Below are positions 30,493 to 40,850 of a DNA stretch of 64,000 nt, one piece after another. Every line of letters begins with the position of its first letter. The stretch's first letter is position 1. The notes under the pieces are model-generated. The model ran no database searches. It was not told where the DNA came from and saw only the letters and a program-made list of their open reading frames with translations. Both the position numbers and the translations under genes were made by a program. This DNA is from an uncultured delta proteobacterium (GTDB lineage Bacteria; Desulfobacterota; Binatia; UBA9968): assembly GCA_963816145.1 (NCBI GenBank), contig CAWFJP010000014.1:160001-224000 (forward strand), in the 5' to 3' direction.

Positions 30493-31500
30493 TTACGTAT
30501 CCAGCAGGCTTTCCGCGAACAGTTCTTCGACTTTCATCTGGCGCGGCGTCAAGCCCTGCTCGTGGGAAAAGCCGATGATCATGTCGAGCATGGCGCGATT
30601 GGCTTTGATGCCAAAGGGAAATGGGTCGTCGCCGATGAGCTCGCGGGTCTGAGCCAAGTATTCGGGGCCGAAGATCAGCGCCGCGGGGATTTGTTCGGTT
30701 AGCCTTTCATTCGCAAACGCTTTCGCTTGGACAAATCCATCGTAAAGCTTGGCGGCGAGCCAAGGGTATTGGCGGTGGATGTCGCCGCGGATGATGTAAG
30801 CATGATTGACAGGCAAAAAGCCGTGCTTGCGGTAGAAGCGGGCACCCTCGGCCATGCGGTCGGGAAACAGCGGCCGGATCTTGCTCCAGTCGTCGCCACC
30901 TATGCGGCTCGATCGGTCCAACGCGTTGGCCTGCAGCACCCATGGACTCGCGACATGGGCCACGTCCAGTTCGTGCGCCAACAGGCTTGATTTGAGGCTT
31001 TTGCTCTTGTCGATGCGGCTGAATGAAATTCCCGGCGGCGGCTTGAAGCCGGTAGCACCGCCATGGCTCATCTCTTCGCTTCGCTCCATGTACCAGTGAA
31101 TCTGGTATTGCGACACGCCGAAATCGTGTTCGAGGATGCCGCGCAGCCACAACGCCGCGGTTTGCTGATACTCGGCAACGCCCAAACGCTTGCCCTTGAG
31201 GTCTTGCGGTTTCTCGATGCCTGAGTCGACGTGATAGGACAGCTCGGTTTGAAACAAACGGCGGCTCGGAAAGGCCGGCAGCGCGATCATGTCGGCTCCT
31301 TGCGAGCGGGCGATCAGATACGAGGACATCGACATCTCGGCGACTTCGAATTCGCCGAACTTGAGCTGACGCCAAAATGTTTCGGCGGGATGCGAGTAAG
31401 TTGGGATGAGACTTACGCCCTCGACCTCGATTGTGCCGTTCATCAGCGGCTCGACCCGTTCGTTGAAGGCGGAAATGAATCCTAGGGTGAGTTGTTCCAT
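30493..31500 (-). CDS. OphC-like decarboxylase-family protein (paralog 3, tandem duplicate of paralog 2)
   Basis: Long identical stretches with 29435-30448, e.g. FNERVEPLMNG, PTYSHP and HWYMER. Confidence 0.8.
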   Translation of the reverse strand: MEQLTLGFISAFNERVEPLMNGTIEVEGVSLIPTYSHPAETFWRQLKFGEFEVAEMSMSSYLIARSQGADMIALPAFPSRRLFQTELSYHVDSGIEKPQDLKGKRLGVAEYQQTAALWLRGILEHDFGVSQYQIHWYMERSEEMSHGGATGFKPPPGISFSRIDKSKSLKSSLLAHELDVAHVASPWVLQANALDRSSRIGGDDWSKIRPLFPDRMAEGARFYRKHGFLPVNHAYIIRGDIHRQYPWLAAKLYDGFVQAKAFANERLTEQIPAALIFGPEYLAQTRELIGDDPFPFGIKANRAMLDMIIGFSHEQGLTPRQMKVEELFAESLLDT

Positions 31501-31570
31501 GGTATCTCGATTATAGTCTGTATCGGCTGGGCAAATTCTGTCGCCGGCCGAGCCCCGCTTCCCCGCCCCA

Positions 31571-31672
31571 GGGCGTATGCCATACGCCCCTACAAAGATT
31601 TCCGAACTTTGCGCCCTTTGCGTGCTTGGCGCGAGATATTCCGGGTTTCGCTAGTAGCACTGCCGCGCCGGG
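31571..31672. repeat. Composite intergenic element: GGGCGTATGCCATACGCCC palindrome plus (CTTTGCGNN)n 9-mer arm
   Basis: Related copies at ~27221-27310, 40314-40388, 44147-44194, 56336-56484 and a degenerate one at 60514-60575. Confidence 0.8.
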
Positions 31673-31675
31673 TGT

Positions 31676-32362
31676 TTATTTATCATAGCCGTCGATGGAC
31701 CAAATATCGTAGAGCAGTTCCATGCGGCGAAACGTCGCTTTGTAGGTTTGCTCCTGGAGTGCCGGCGAGTGGAGATAGCGTACGGCGATCTCTTCGGCGA
31801 GGCTGCTGTGATCTTCGTCGGCTTCCGAATGGACGGTGAAGAAGCGCACGTCGTCCGGCTTCATATGGTAATTTTTCAGCAACCCATTACCGATCGCAGC
31901 TGCCGCCGGACCGAAGGTCCCTTCGGCGCCAATCTGGATCGACATGACGACGAACCATGGCAACGTGTGGATGATCAATTCTACATAATAAAGATGCGCC
32001 GCGGTGGACGGCCGCAGCACCGCGTTCTCCAATTGCTGCTGGGTGAGACCGATGGCGTTGGCGAAACGAATCGCCAGCTCGTTGTGACCGGCGCTGCCGG
32101 TGTCCATGCCGCGAGTCTCTTCTTCAACCACGCCCCAGAGCTTTTGCGCGATCTCCGGATCGGTGCAGGCGAGGTAGCGCAGCATCGCGATGCGCGGCAC
32201 GACGGCGCGAAATTGATAGTCTTGAATCGCCCAGGCGCGAATTTGCTCCATGGTGGCGGTGCCTTCGCAGACCGCTTTCAAGAACGGATGCTTGATGCGG
32301 ATCTTGGGGAACGCCTGGATATCTTTCTTCAGTTTTGCGACAAATTCTGCGGATGTGGCCAT
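31676..32362 (-). CDS. Heme-oxygenase-like diiron protein (PqqC/TenA/CADD family)
   Basis: HPF, EEE..G.....H and FF.VH.EADEDH metal-ligand pattern. Confidence 0.85.
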   Translation of the reverse strand: MATSAEFVAKLKKDIQAFPKIRIKHPFLKAVCEGTATMEQIRAWAIQDYQFRAVVPRIAMLRYLACTDPEIAQKLWGVVEEETRGMDTGSAGHNELAIRFANAIGLTQQQLENAVLRPSTAAHLYYVELIIHTLPWFVVMSIQIGAEGTFGPAAAAIGNGLLKNYHMKPDDVRFFTVHSEADEDHSSLAEEIAVRYLHSPALQEQTYKATFRRMELLYDIWSIDGYDK

Positions 32363-32393
32363 TGTGAAATTCCTCCTCTATTGCTTAATCCGA

Positions 32394-32467
32394 TGGGACG
32401 TTGGAGTCATGGAGTGCTGGACTGCGGCAAGGACCACAACTCCAGTGCTCCAATACTCAATTACTCC
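32394..32467. repeat. 8-mer-period inverted repeat (TGGAGTNN)n/(TCCANTAC)n
   Basis: Read directly; overlaps the aldolase stop codon. Confidence 0.7.
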
Positions 32468-33189
32468 GATTGGTCTTTGTTTCGGCTCAGCCGGGTGACG
32501 AAATATTCCCAGCCGCGCAGCGGAAAACGTTGGTCGGCGTTATACACTTCCAACTCTTCAGCAGTGAGATATTTCGGTTGGCCGTGCAAGAGGGCCAAGT
32601 GATTCCACTCGCCCAACATCGCTAACCTGGTGGTGCGCTCGATCATCTGCTCTACGCTTTCGCCGACGACCGCGTCGCCGTGAGCGCGCATGAGGACCGC
32701 CGGTCCGTCGCCGAGCGCGGCTGCCAAGTCGTTGCCGCGCTCGAGCGTGCGCACTAAGCCAACGCCCTCGTACACCGGCGGGCCGTCGGCGGAGAGAAAC
32801 TTGCCATAATGGTGCAGCGGTTTGAGCTTGATCGGCAGCACGCTGAAGATCGTGCTCCATTTCGAGTGGGTATGGGCCACGCTGACGATTTCCGGACGGG
32901 CTTTGAAAATGCAGGCGTGGATCGGCCATTCGTTGGGCGGGGTGGTGGCACCGTCGAGGTGGTTGCCGGTGAAATCCTGCATGATCAAGCGGTCGCGCGT
33001 GACCGATCCAGGGCTGATATTGGCGATGGTGATAAACGCGTCGGCGCCAGGCACGCGCACGCCGACGTGGCCGTATCCGTCAGTAACCCCTTCATGATCG
33101 AGAATATGACAGGCGGTAATCAGTTTGTCGGTGAGCTCTTTGAGCTCGGCGGAGTCGATGGTGGGAACATCTTTGCGATTGGTGGCCAT
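32461..33189 (-). CDS. Class II aldolase/adducin family protein
   Basis: GHV.VR, EWPIH, HTHS and RAHG Zn ligands. Start taken at ATG 33189. Confidence 0.88.
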   Translation of the reverse strand: MATNRKDVPTIDSAELKELTDKLITACHILDHEGVTDGYGHVGVRVPGADAFITIANISPGSVTRDRLIMQDFTGNHLDGATTPPNEWPIHACIFKARPEIVSVAHTHSKWSTIFSVLPIKLKPLHHYGKFLSADGPPVYEGVGLVRTLERGNDLAAALGDGPAVLMRAHGDAVVGESVEQMIERTTRLAMLGEWNHLALLHGQPKYLTAEELEVYNADQRFPLRGWEYFVTRLSRNKDQSE

Positions 33190-33262
33190 GCCGGTTCCTT
33201 CACGCGGATTGCGCGATAAAATCATCTGTTCGCCGCGACTCTAGTTGCGGTTATTCTAGCTG

Positions 33263-33985
33263 TCAAGCACCGCGCCGCTCACCCAAGCGGCTCAAAAAAT
33301 ATTCCCATGGGCGGGCGGGAAACGATCGGTCGCCGGCGAAAGTCGCCAACTCTTCTTCGGTCAAGTAATCCGGTCCGCCGTGGACCGCCGCCAAGTGCGC
33401 CAACTCGCCGAGAAACGCGAGCTGAACCGTGCGCAGAATCGCCTGCTCGACGCTGGCGCCGACGACGGCGTCGCCATGAGCGCGCAGCAAAGTGGCTGCG
33501 CCGTCTTTCAAGGTGTCGGCCAGCGCCTGGCCTCGCTCAACGGATGTGATCAGTCCGGCTTTGGGATAGATCGGCGCGCCGCCAACGGGAAGAAATCGGC
33601 CGTACATATGCGCGGGGCGCAGCCCTTTCTTGAGCACGCTGAAAAGCGCGCTCCATTTCGAATGGGTGTGGCACACGCTCATGACGTCGGGCCGCGCGCG
33701 CATGATGCAAGCGTGGATCGGCCATTCGTAAGGCGCCGGTTTGGCGCCGCCGAGATAGTTGCCGTCGAAGTCGAGCAAGACGAGCTTGTCGAGCGCCGCA
33801 CAGCCGGGGCTGACTTGAGCGATCGTGAGAAGCGCCGACTGTTCCGGAATCCGCACGCTGACATGGCCGAATCCGTCTGTGATGCCTTCGCGATCGAGGA
33901 TCAGACAGCCATTGACGACTTTCGCTTTGAGTTCTTTGAGCTCGCTGGAATCGAAAGCAGGTCCTTTGTACTCACTCGCAGCCAT
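33263..33985 (-). CDS. Class II aldolase/adducin family protein (tandem paralog)
   Basis: GHVSVR, EWPIH, HTHSKWS and RAHG. Confidence 0.88.
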   Translation of the reverse strand: MAASEYKGPAFDSSELKELKAKVVNGCLILDREGITDGFGHVSVRIPEQSALLTIAQVSPGCAALDKLVLLDFDGNYLGGAKPAPYEWPIHACIMRARPDVMSVCHTHSKWSALFSVLKKGLRPAHMYGRFLPVGGAPIYPKAGLITSVERGQALADTLKDGAATLLRAHGDAVVGASVEQAILRTVQLAFLGELAHLAAVHGGPDYLTEEELATFAGDRSFPARPWEYFLSRLGERRGA

Positions 33986-34123
33986 CGTTACTCCTTGAGT
34001 TATTCGTTTCGTGGTCTCATGGTTCTAATCGCGGGCGAACAGGGAGTCAAGGAGAGTCTTTGTATGCTGGTGTAATGACTCCTGATCGGTTAGTTTTCGT
34101 AACGAGCATGGCAGCACCCGACT

Positions 34124-34690
34124 ATGAATGACTCGATGACCTCGCTAAAACCTTTTACTCTTGGCCATGGTGGCGCGGAAACCATTCAAGTCAAGCGTTG
34201 GTTACGTTGAACAGAATCTTTTGCGGATCTACTTATCTGGTGAAAGGTGACATTCGCACGCTGAAGATTCCGGAAAAGTGTTCATCTCATCGTGTCGATC
34301 GACTGTGGGAGCATACATGTTTCGAGGCGTTCATCCGTGCCGATCGGCGATCCGTCGTATTACGAGTTCAATTTTTCACCGTCGGGTGAGTGGGCGGTGT
34401 ATTCGTTTCGCGGTTATCGCGATGGCGGGCCGATTCAGGACGAGGAGCTGGCCCCTGATATTGTCGTTTGTTGCATGTCGATCGAATCGAGATCGATGCA
34501 GTCGTGCACTTGGATCGATTGTCGATGATTCGAACCGGTTCGATTGCTGCGGATCGGTCTGTCGGCGGTTATCGAAGCCACCGACGGCACGTTTTCCTAC
34601 TGGGCGCTGAAACATCCCGCGGCGAAGCCCGACTTTCACCACCCCGATTCTTTTGCTCTTGAGCGAGCTTTTCCTAGCCAGGGCGCGTGA
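34124..34690 (+). pseudogene. DOMON-like domain protein with several frameshifts
   Basis: LWEHTCFEAF, YYEFNFSPSGEWAVYSF.GYR and LSAVIE..DG..SYWAL.HP..KPDFH lie in different frames. Confidence 0.75.
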
Positions 34691-34711
34691 TTGCGTTTAA
34701 AATAGATTTCT

Positions 34712-35917
34712 ATGAGATTTGGCATCGACCGACTGCTAGAAGAACCGGCGTTGCGCAAACCGCTCTCCGGCAAGCGCGTGGCCTTACTCGCCCATCCGGC
34801 ATCGGTGACGCGGGATCTGGTCCATTCGCTTGACGCCTTGACGGCACTTTCGGGTATCAAGCTAAGCGCTGCTTTCGGCCCGCAGCATGGGCTGCGCGGC
34901 GACAAACAGGACAACATGATCGAGTCGCCTGATTTTCTCGATCCGGTACATAATATTCCAGTTTTCAGCCTCTACGGCGAAGTACGCCGGCCGACGGCGG
35001 CGATGATGGATAGCTTCGATGTCTTGCTCGTCGATCTGCAGGACGTGGGTTGCCGCATTTACACGTTTATCACCACGCTTCGCTACGTTCTCGAAGCGGC
35101 GGCGCATTTTAGGAAGTCTGTTTGGGTGCTTGACCGGCCCAACCCTGTGGGCCGGCCAGTTGAGGGATTGCTGCTCCGGCCCGGTTGGGAGAGTTTTGTC
35201 GGCGCCGGCCCGCTGACCATGCGTCATGGCCTGACGCTCGGTGAATTGGCGCAGTGGTTCGTTAAAACTTTGAGGCTCGATGTCGATTGCCAAGTCGTAC
35301 AGATGGAGGGATGGAATCCAGACGGCGGTCCCGGCTTTGGCTGGCCGCTCGGTGAGCGAAGTTGGGTCAATCCCAGTCCCAATGCGTCCAATCTATCGAT
35401 GGCACGCTGCTACGCCGGCACCGTCATGCTCGAAGGCACGACGCTTTCCGAAGGGCGCGGCACGACCAGGCCCTTGGAGCTGTTCGGCGCACCGGGCCTC
35501 GACCCGCCCGCGCTGCTGCAGAAGATGGAATCCCTCGCCCCCGATTGGCTGCGCGGTTGCCGGCTGCGAGAGTGCTGGTTCGAGCCGACCTTCCACAAAC
35601 ACGCCGGCAAACTCTGCGCTGGCATTCAGATCCACGTCGACGATCCGCATTACGATCACGGTGCGTTCAAGCCCTGGCGCTTGATGGCGCTGGCGTTCAA
35701 AGCGCTGCGCTTGTTACAACCGGATTACGAGCTCTGGCGGGATTTTCCCTATGAGTACGAGAAGGACCGGTTGGCGATCGATCTGATCAATGGCGGAGAG
35801 GTGCTGCGACGATGGGTGGATGATCCAACCGCGGTTGTAGCGGATATTGACGCACTTGCGGCTGTCGACGAATTGGCGTGGGCCGATGAGCGGCGATCAT
35901 GCGAATTGTACAAGTGA
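34712..35917 (+). CDS. DUF1343 / exo-beta-N-acetylmuramidase NamZ family protein
   Basis: FGPQHG, DLQDVGCRIYTF, LDRPNP, RHGLTLGE and SEGRGTTRP motifs. Confidence 0.9.
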   Translation: MRFGIDRLLEEPALRKPLSGKRVALLAHPASVTRDLVHSLDALTALSGIKLSAAFGPQHGLRGDKQDNMIESPDFLDPVHNIPVFSLYGEVRRPTAAMMDSFDVLLVDLQDVGCRIYTFITTLRYVLEAAAHFRKSVWVLDRPNPVGRPVEGLLLRPGWESFVGAGPLTMRHGLTLGELAQWFVKTLRLDVDCQVVQMEGWNPDGGPGFGWPLGERSWVNPSPNASNLSMARCYAGTVMLEGTTLSEGRGTTRPLELFGAPGLDPPALLQKMESLAPDWLRGCRLRECWFEPTFHKHAGKLCAGIQIHVDDPHYDHGAFKPWRLMALAFKALRLLQPDYELWRDFPYEYEKDRLAIDLINGGEVLRRWVDDPTAVVADIDALAAVDELAWADERRSCELYK

Positions 35918-36048
35918 TGTTATCGAAGACTTCTGGAATTTTGGTCGTGTCGGTTCGGTGCAAGGCGACGTCCGGTATTGTGCGGCGAACTTAAAATGAA
36001 GATGGATGCCGGCGTCCGCCGGCATGACAGTCTTGCACTGATCCGTAT

Positions 36049-37047
36049 TTATTTCAGCCCCAGACTCCTGACGAAGCCGCTCTCGTCCAATTCCTTCACG
36101 ATACTGTCGTCGAGAATTTCTTCCACCTTGACGTCCTTGACCTTGGGATTGTCGCGGGCGGTAAAGTCGATCAGGGTTTTCCAGCCGCGGTTGACCGGGT
36201 AGGGGACTTTAGCGCGGATCTTGTTCACGTAGATGTCGTAGGCGACTTCCAGGATTTCGTCGTCGTTGACGCCGCCGTGGCTGGCCAGCAATTTTTTCGA
36301 CAGCGGTTTGTTTTCTAGGTTTACCTTGATCGCTTCGAGGTAGGCTTTCATGAAGCTGACAACCACCGGTCTCTTGGACTGCATGAACCGGCGCGTGGTG
36401 GCGACGCCGTTGAACGGGAAGTCGCCGCCGAGTTTCGAGATATCGATGAGCGTGTTGTAGCCCTGGCGCGCAAGCAGTTGCGCGAAGGAGTTGCCAAGAC
36501 CCATGGCTGCCGCGGAGATTTGGCCGGCCTGGAGCGCCGTGTAAGTTTCGCGCAGGCCGCCGGTGTAGATGACTTTCACGTCTTTGTCCGGCACCAGCCC
36601 ATGATGGCTGAGGCCGAAGCGCGCCCAATAGTCTGTGTTGGCGCCGCGCCGGGTGACGCCCACCGCTTTGCCTTTGAGATCATTCGGTTGCTTGATCTCG
36701 GGGCGCGACATGATTTGCGCCGCCATGCTGTTGATGATGGTGGCGATGAACACTGCGTCGACGCCCGCGGCTTTGCCGAAGAGCACGGCGGAGCCACCGA
36801 TCTGGCCGATCTGCACGTCGCCCGAGATCATCGCCTGGATGATTCTTGTGCTGCCGCCGAGATAGACTGTGCTGACATCGAGGCCGTACTTTTCGAACAA
36901 GCCGGTTTTTGACGCGGTGATCAGGGTCAGTTCGGACGGGCTGATCGATGAATAACCGGCGACGAGTTTTTCCGCGGCGGAACCATGCCGCGTCAGGGCA
37001 GTGCTGAGTATGACGAGGGCGACGAACGCAATGGATAGTTGTCTCAT
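36049..37047 (-). CDS. ABC-type substrate-binding protein, NMT1/SsuA family
   Basis: Signal peptide, FEKYGLDV and DLKGKAVGV. Confidence 0.88.
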   Translation of the reverse strand: MRQLSIAFVALVILSTALTRHGSAAEKLVAGYSSISPSELTLITASKTGLFEKYGLDVSTVYLGGSTRIIQAMISGDVQIGQIGGSAVLFGKAAGVDAVFIATIINSMAAQIMSRPEIKQPNDLKGKAVGVTRRGANTDYWARFGLSHHGLVPDKDVKVIYTGGLRETYTALQAGQISAAAMGLGNSFAQLLARQGYNTLIDISKLGGDFPFNGVATTRRFMQSKRPVVVSFMKAYLEAIKVNLENKPLSKKLLASHGGVNDDEILEVAYDIYVNKIRAKVPYPVNRGWKTLIDFTARDNPKVKDVKVEEILDDSIVKELDESGFVRSLGLK

Positions 37048-37130
37048 CGATTCCCTCCCATCGATCGTACCGGTCCTATCAGAGTGGCGGCGGAACCGTC
37101 AATTGCTTTATGCCATCGGCTAGAATCACG

Positions 37131-37159
37131 TTGACGGCGAATCGTTGCCGCATTATAAG
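37131..37159 (+). promoter_or_regulatory. Putative sigma70 promoter TTGACG-N17-TATAAG
   Basis: Near-consensus boxes with 17-bp spacing, upstream of the GGAGG RBS of 37188. Confidence 0.55.
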
Positions 37160-37187
37160 CGAGCTAGCAAATCACCGGAGGTGATCC

Positions 37188-37955
37188 ATGGGCAAGCTCA
37201 GACATATCGCCTTTATTTCCAACGAACCGAAAGTGCAAAGCGATTTTTACCAAAAGTATTTCGGTTTCGAGGAATGCAAGGTCTTTCCCAGCGGCTCGCG
37301 CATGGTGATCGACCCGTTGTTCAATCTCGCCTTCTTGCAGCAGGCGGCCGTGTCGGTGGCGGTTTCCGGGACGCATCGAGCCGATGGCAGCGAGACCGAG
37401 TTGACGGTGGGAATACATCACTACGGTTTCCTGGTGGACAATTTGGAGCAAGCGGTCGCCAAATTGCCGGCGGGCGTAACCCGCGGTGCCAACCCGCAGA
37501 TCTCCGCCGGCGTCTCTGGCCCCGAAGCGGCGCGGCCAGCCGAAGTGCGTTTCATCGACCCCTGGGGCAACAACGTCGATCTGTCGTCGCGCGGTTATTT
37601 GGGGCGAGAAGAAAAGAAACTTCCCGCCGTGCGTCTACTCGCTGTGCAGGTGCCCGATTTGGCCGCGGCGTGCGAGTTTTACCAGCAACAGTTCGGTCTC
37701 GAGATCGCCGGCTGGACCGATGACGGGACAATTCGCTTGAGCGACGGCACGCTGACGCTGATGTTGACCAAGTCACAAGTGCGTCCAAAGGGTGGCGTGC
37801 AGTATTTTGGCATTCAGGTGAGCGATATTACCGGTCTCAAGAAGCGCTTACAGGACGGCGGTGTGGCAGTTTCGGATAACACCAATGGGCAGATTCAGTT
37901 TAACGATCCGGAAGGGAATCGGGTTGTGGTATCGGAAACTGGGTGGGCGAATTGA
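37188..37955 (+). CDS. VOC/glyoxalase family protein (two domains)
   Basis: LRHIA..FY..FG, HHYGF, DPWGN and DPEGN. Confidence 0.85.
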   Translation: MGKLRHIAFISNEPKVQSDFYQKYFGFEECKVFPSGSRMVIDPLFNLAFLQQAAVSVAVSGTHRADGSETELTVGIHHYGFLVDNLEQAVAKLPAGVTRGANPQISAGVSGPEAARPAEVRFIDPWGNNVDLSSRGYLGREEKKLPAVRLLAVQVPDLAAACEFYQQQFGLEIAGWTDDGTIRLSDGTLTLMLTKSQVRPKGGVQYFGIQVSDITGLKKRLQDGGVAVSDNTNGQIQFNDPEGNRVVVSETGWAN

Positions 37956-37996
37956 AATAGTTTTCTGCCAGCATTCCGTGATCGCAAAGTAAAATC

Positions 37997-38103
37997 TGGA
38001 TGCCGGTTTTCACCGGCATGACGACTATGGGCGCTCTCCAGTTCTCCCTCGAATCTCTTATCCTTTTCCGTCATTCCGGCATGTTTTAAGCCGGAATCCA
38101 GGG
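37997..38103. repeat. REP-like TGGATGCCGG..CCGGCATGAC / GTCATTCCGG..CCGGAATCCA pair; single copy at 36003-36029
   Basis: Inverted pair between convergent genes. Confidence 0.7.
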
Positions 38104-38161
38104 GAGGCGGGGAGGTTCAGCACGGCTGCTTCTCATCCCGTAAGTTTTGTTCGCGCGCTGT

Positions 38162-40075
38162 TCAGGTTTTTGCGCCAAGTGCCCGCGCGATATAATCGCG
38201 CCGAACCTTGGTGCGCGGAACTTTGCCGGTAAACCAGCTCCGCACATCGGCGTCGAGGCCGATGCCGTGCATGTAGTTGTACAACGCCTTGTTCAGGGCT
38301 GTGCCGAGGGCGTCGTGGTCGACGCCGATGGGGTCGAGGAAGCCGACGTCGTTTTTGGCGAACGAGATCTCCGGCAAAGGGACGAGCGTGACGCCGTATT
38401 GTTCGGGATGCTTGCCCACCGGTGAATGCACCGTGCAGGCAAAGCGGTGGAAGAAGCCTGACTGGATGCAGCCGGCTATGAACAATTGCCGGACATATTC
38501 GAGGGCATCAACCGTGTCTTGCACGGTTTGGGTCGGGAAGCCGTACATCAAATAGGCGTGGACGAGAATGCCGGCGTCGGAAAATGCGCGCGTGACTCTG
38601 GCGACTTGCTCGACGCTGACGCCCTTCTTCATTAAATTGAGCAGGCGGTCGGAGGCGACCTCGAGCCCGCCGGATACCGCGATGCAGCCGCTGTCGACGA
38701 GTTCTTGGCAGAGCTGCGGCGTGAAAGATTTCTCGAAGCGAATGTTGCCCCACCATGAAATGGCCAGCTTGCGTTTCTTGATCTCGGCGGCGAGTGCTTT
38801 CAAGGTTTTTGGCGGTGCGGCCTCGTCGACGAAATGAAATCCGGTCTGTTGGGTTTCGGCGATGACGGTCTCGATGCGGTCGGCCAGGGTTGCGGCGGCG
38901 AGGTCGTCGTAGCGCGAGATGTAGTCGAGGGTGACGTCGCAGAAACTGCACTTTTTCCAGTAGCAGCCGTGGGCGACGGTGAGTTTGTTCCAGCGGCCGT
39001 CGGACCACAGCCGATGCATCGGGTTGAGCATGTCCAGTAGCGACAAGTAGCCGTCGAGCGGCAGTCCGTCCCAAGTCGGCGTGCCTACTTCCGCGAATGG
39101 AATGTCGGGCTCGCGTGCGTCGATGTAGCGGATTGTGGATTTATCGGCAGTGCGCCGGAAGGTGCGAACCAAATTGCTTTCGGGCCGGTTGCCGCCCAGA
39201 TATTCTAATAACGCCAACAGCGGCCGCTCGCCGTCATCCAAGGTGACATAGTCGAAATAATCGAACACCCGCGGCTCGCTCAGTTCGCGCAGCTCGGTGT
39301 TGACATAGCCGCCGCCGAGCGCGGTGATTATCGATGAATCGCGGGCTTTGATCGCCTGGGCGATGCGAAACGCGGCGTACACCGAGCCTGGGAACGGCAC
39401 CGAGAGCAGCACCAGATTCGGCGCATGGCGCGCCAGCGCCGCCAGCGTTAGGTCACGCAGTGTGCTGTCGACCAGATTGAGCGGCGCGGCCAGCGCTTCG
39501 GCGAGGGGATCGAAGGTCGGTTGGCTTTGCGCTAGAGACTCGGCATAGCGGACGAACTCAAAGCGCGGGTCGACGGCCTCGCGCAACACGTCGGCGAGAT
39601 CATCGAGGTAAAGAGTCGCCAAGTGTTTAGCGCGGTCTTCTATCCCAAGCGCTCCGAACGCCCAAGCCAGTGGATCGTCGGTGCCGCCTTGCAGATAAAA
39701 ATCTATTGGCTTGAAGCGCGGCCCTTCGGGAAGGAATTGCCGTCCACAAATGCGATGCGCCAGGGTCGGATCACGCCCCTGCAGGAACGCGATGGCGGGG
39801 GTGATCGTCGAGAGATAACGGTCGAATTTCTGGAGAAATGCTTTGGCGATCGGCGAACGCTTGCGCTGCGGGATCGCCTCGGCACGGTCCCGGATGGCTA
39901 ACAGCCCGTCAGTGGAAAAAAGCTTTAAGACTAGAGCCAATGCAAGATCTTCCTGCACAGCATCGAAACCCCGCGAGCGCAAGAAGCCGGTGAGATATGC
40001 CGTTGACGGATATGGCGTATTTAGCTGAGTCATCGGTGGGATTAGCGACAGCACGCGAATAGAATTGGTCGACAT
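38162..40075 (-). CDS. B12-binding-domain radical SAM protein
   Basis: CYWKKCSFC (CxxxCxxC), N-terminal PP.TQLNTPYP and GGGY.NTELR. Confidence 0.9.
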   Translation of the reverse strand: MSTNSIRVLSLIPPMTQLNTPYPSTAYLTGFLRSRGFDAVQEDLALALVLKLFSTDGLLAIRDRAEAIPQRKRSPIAKAFLQKFDRYLSTITPAIAFLQGRDPTLAHRICGRQFLPEGPRFKPIDFYLQGGTDDPLAWAFGALGIEDRAKHLATLYLDDLADVLREAVDPRFEFVRYAESLAQSQPTFDPLAEALAAPLNLVDSTLRDLTLAALARHAPNLVLLSVPFPGSVYAAFRIAQAIKARDSSIITALGGGYVNTELRELSEPRVFDYFDYVTLDDGERPLLALLEYLGGNRPESNLVRTFRRTADKSTIRYIDAREPDIPFAEVGTPTWDGLPLDGYLSLLDMLNPMHRLWSDGRWNKLTVAHGCYWKKCSFCDVTLDYISRYDDLAAATLADRIETVIAETQQTGFHFVDEAAPPKTLKALAAEIKKRKLAISWWGNIRFEKSFTPQLCQELVDSGCIAVSGGLEVASDRLLNLMKKGVSVEQVARVTRAFSDAGILVHAYLMYGFPTQTVQDTVDALEYVRQLFIAGCIQSGFFHRFACTVHSPVGKHPEQYGVTLVPLPEISFAKNDVGFLDPIGVDHDALGTALNKALYNYMHGIGLDADVRSWFTGKVPRTKVRRDYIARALGAKT

Positions 40076-40415
40076 AGATATTTGGGATGTTTAAGGTCTA
40101 TATCCCTGTTTCAACTAACCCAGCATTAGCACGCACAACAGGAAAATAAACGGAGATCTTGCACAAGCCGGGTGTCCGAGTTTTTCGATCAGCCCGGCTC
40201 GTCTAATGAAACGCTGTACCGTGACGATCTTGAAAAACGAACACGAGCCACGATCGCGCGGCAACCCCTTGACGCTTTCGGCGTGACCGGTGTAGTTGTG
40301 ACGATGCCAAGACGGGCGTATGCCATACGCCCCTACGGCGGATTTAACAATAGTCTTGCTTTGCGCCTTTTGCGTTCTTTGCGGTTAAATCGTTCCGAGT
40401 CCAAGGAGGTCAATA

Positions 40416-40790
40416 ATGCGCGTGCTCAAAATCAACGATCTTAAGGAAACCCCGATGGACACGGCAACGCCGATCGCCGGCTGGACCGGCGGGGCGGTGA
40501 GCCGGACGCGGCAGGCGGTCATCGGCGATGGGCAGTCGGACAACTTCCGCTGTAACGTGGTCAACTTTCGCGTCGGCGCCACCACCGGCTGGCATGTCCA
40601 TGACTGCGATCAGATTCTCGTGGTCACGGCCGGCAAAGGCTTCGCCGCGACGGAGAGTGAACAGCGCGAGATCACCGTCGGCGATATCGTGCATATTAAA
40701 TCTGGCGAGCGCCACTGGCACGGCGCTTCGGCGGATTCGCCGCTGTCGCATATCACGGTGACGACGGTGGGCAGCACTTCGAAGCATTAG
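40416..40790 (+). CDS. Cupin domain protein
   Basis: WHVHDCDQ and GERHWHGA; AAGGAGG RBS. Confidence 0.88.
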   Translation: MRVLKINDLKETPMDTATPIAGWTGGAVSRTRQAVIGDGQSDNFRCNVVNFRVGATTGWHVHDCDQILVVTAGKGFAATESEQREITVGDIVHIKSGERHWHGASADSPLSHITVTTVGSTSKH

Positions 40791-40850
40791 CCGGTCGGTT
40801 ATGATTTTGGGCGAAGGTTTGGTATCGGGACCGTTCCAAGGAGGATTTTC

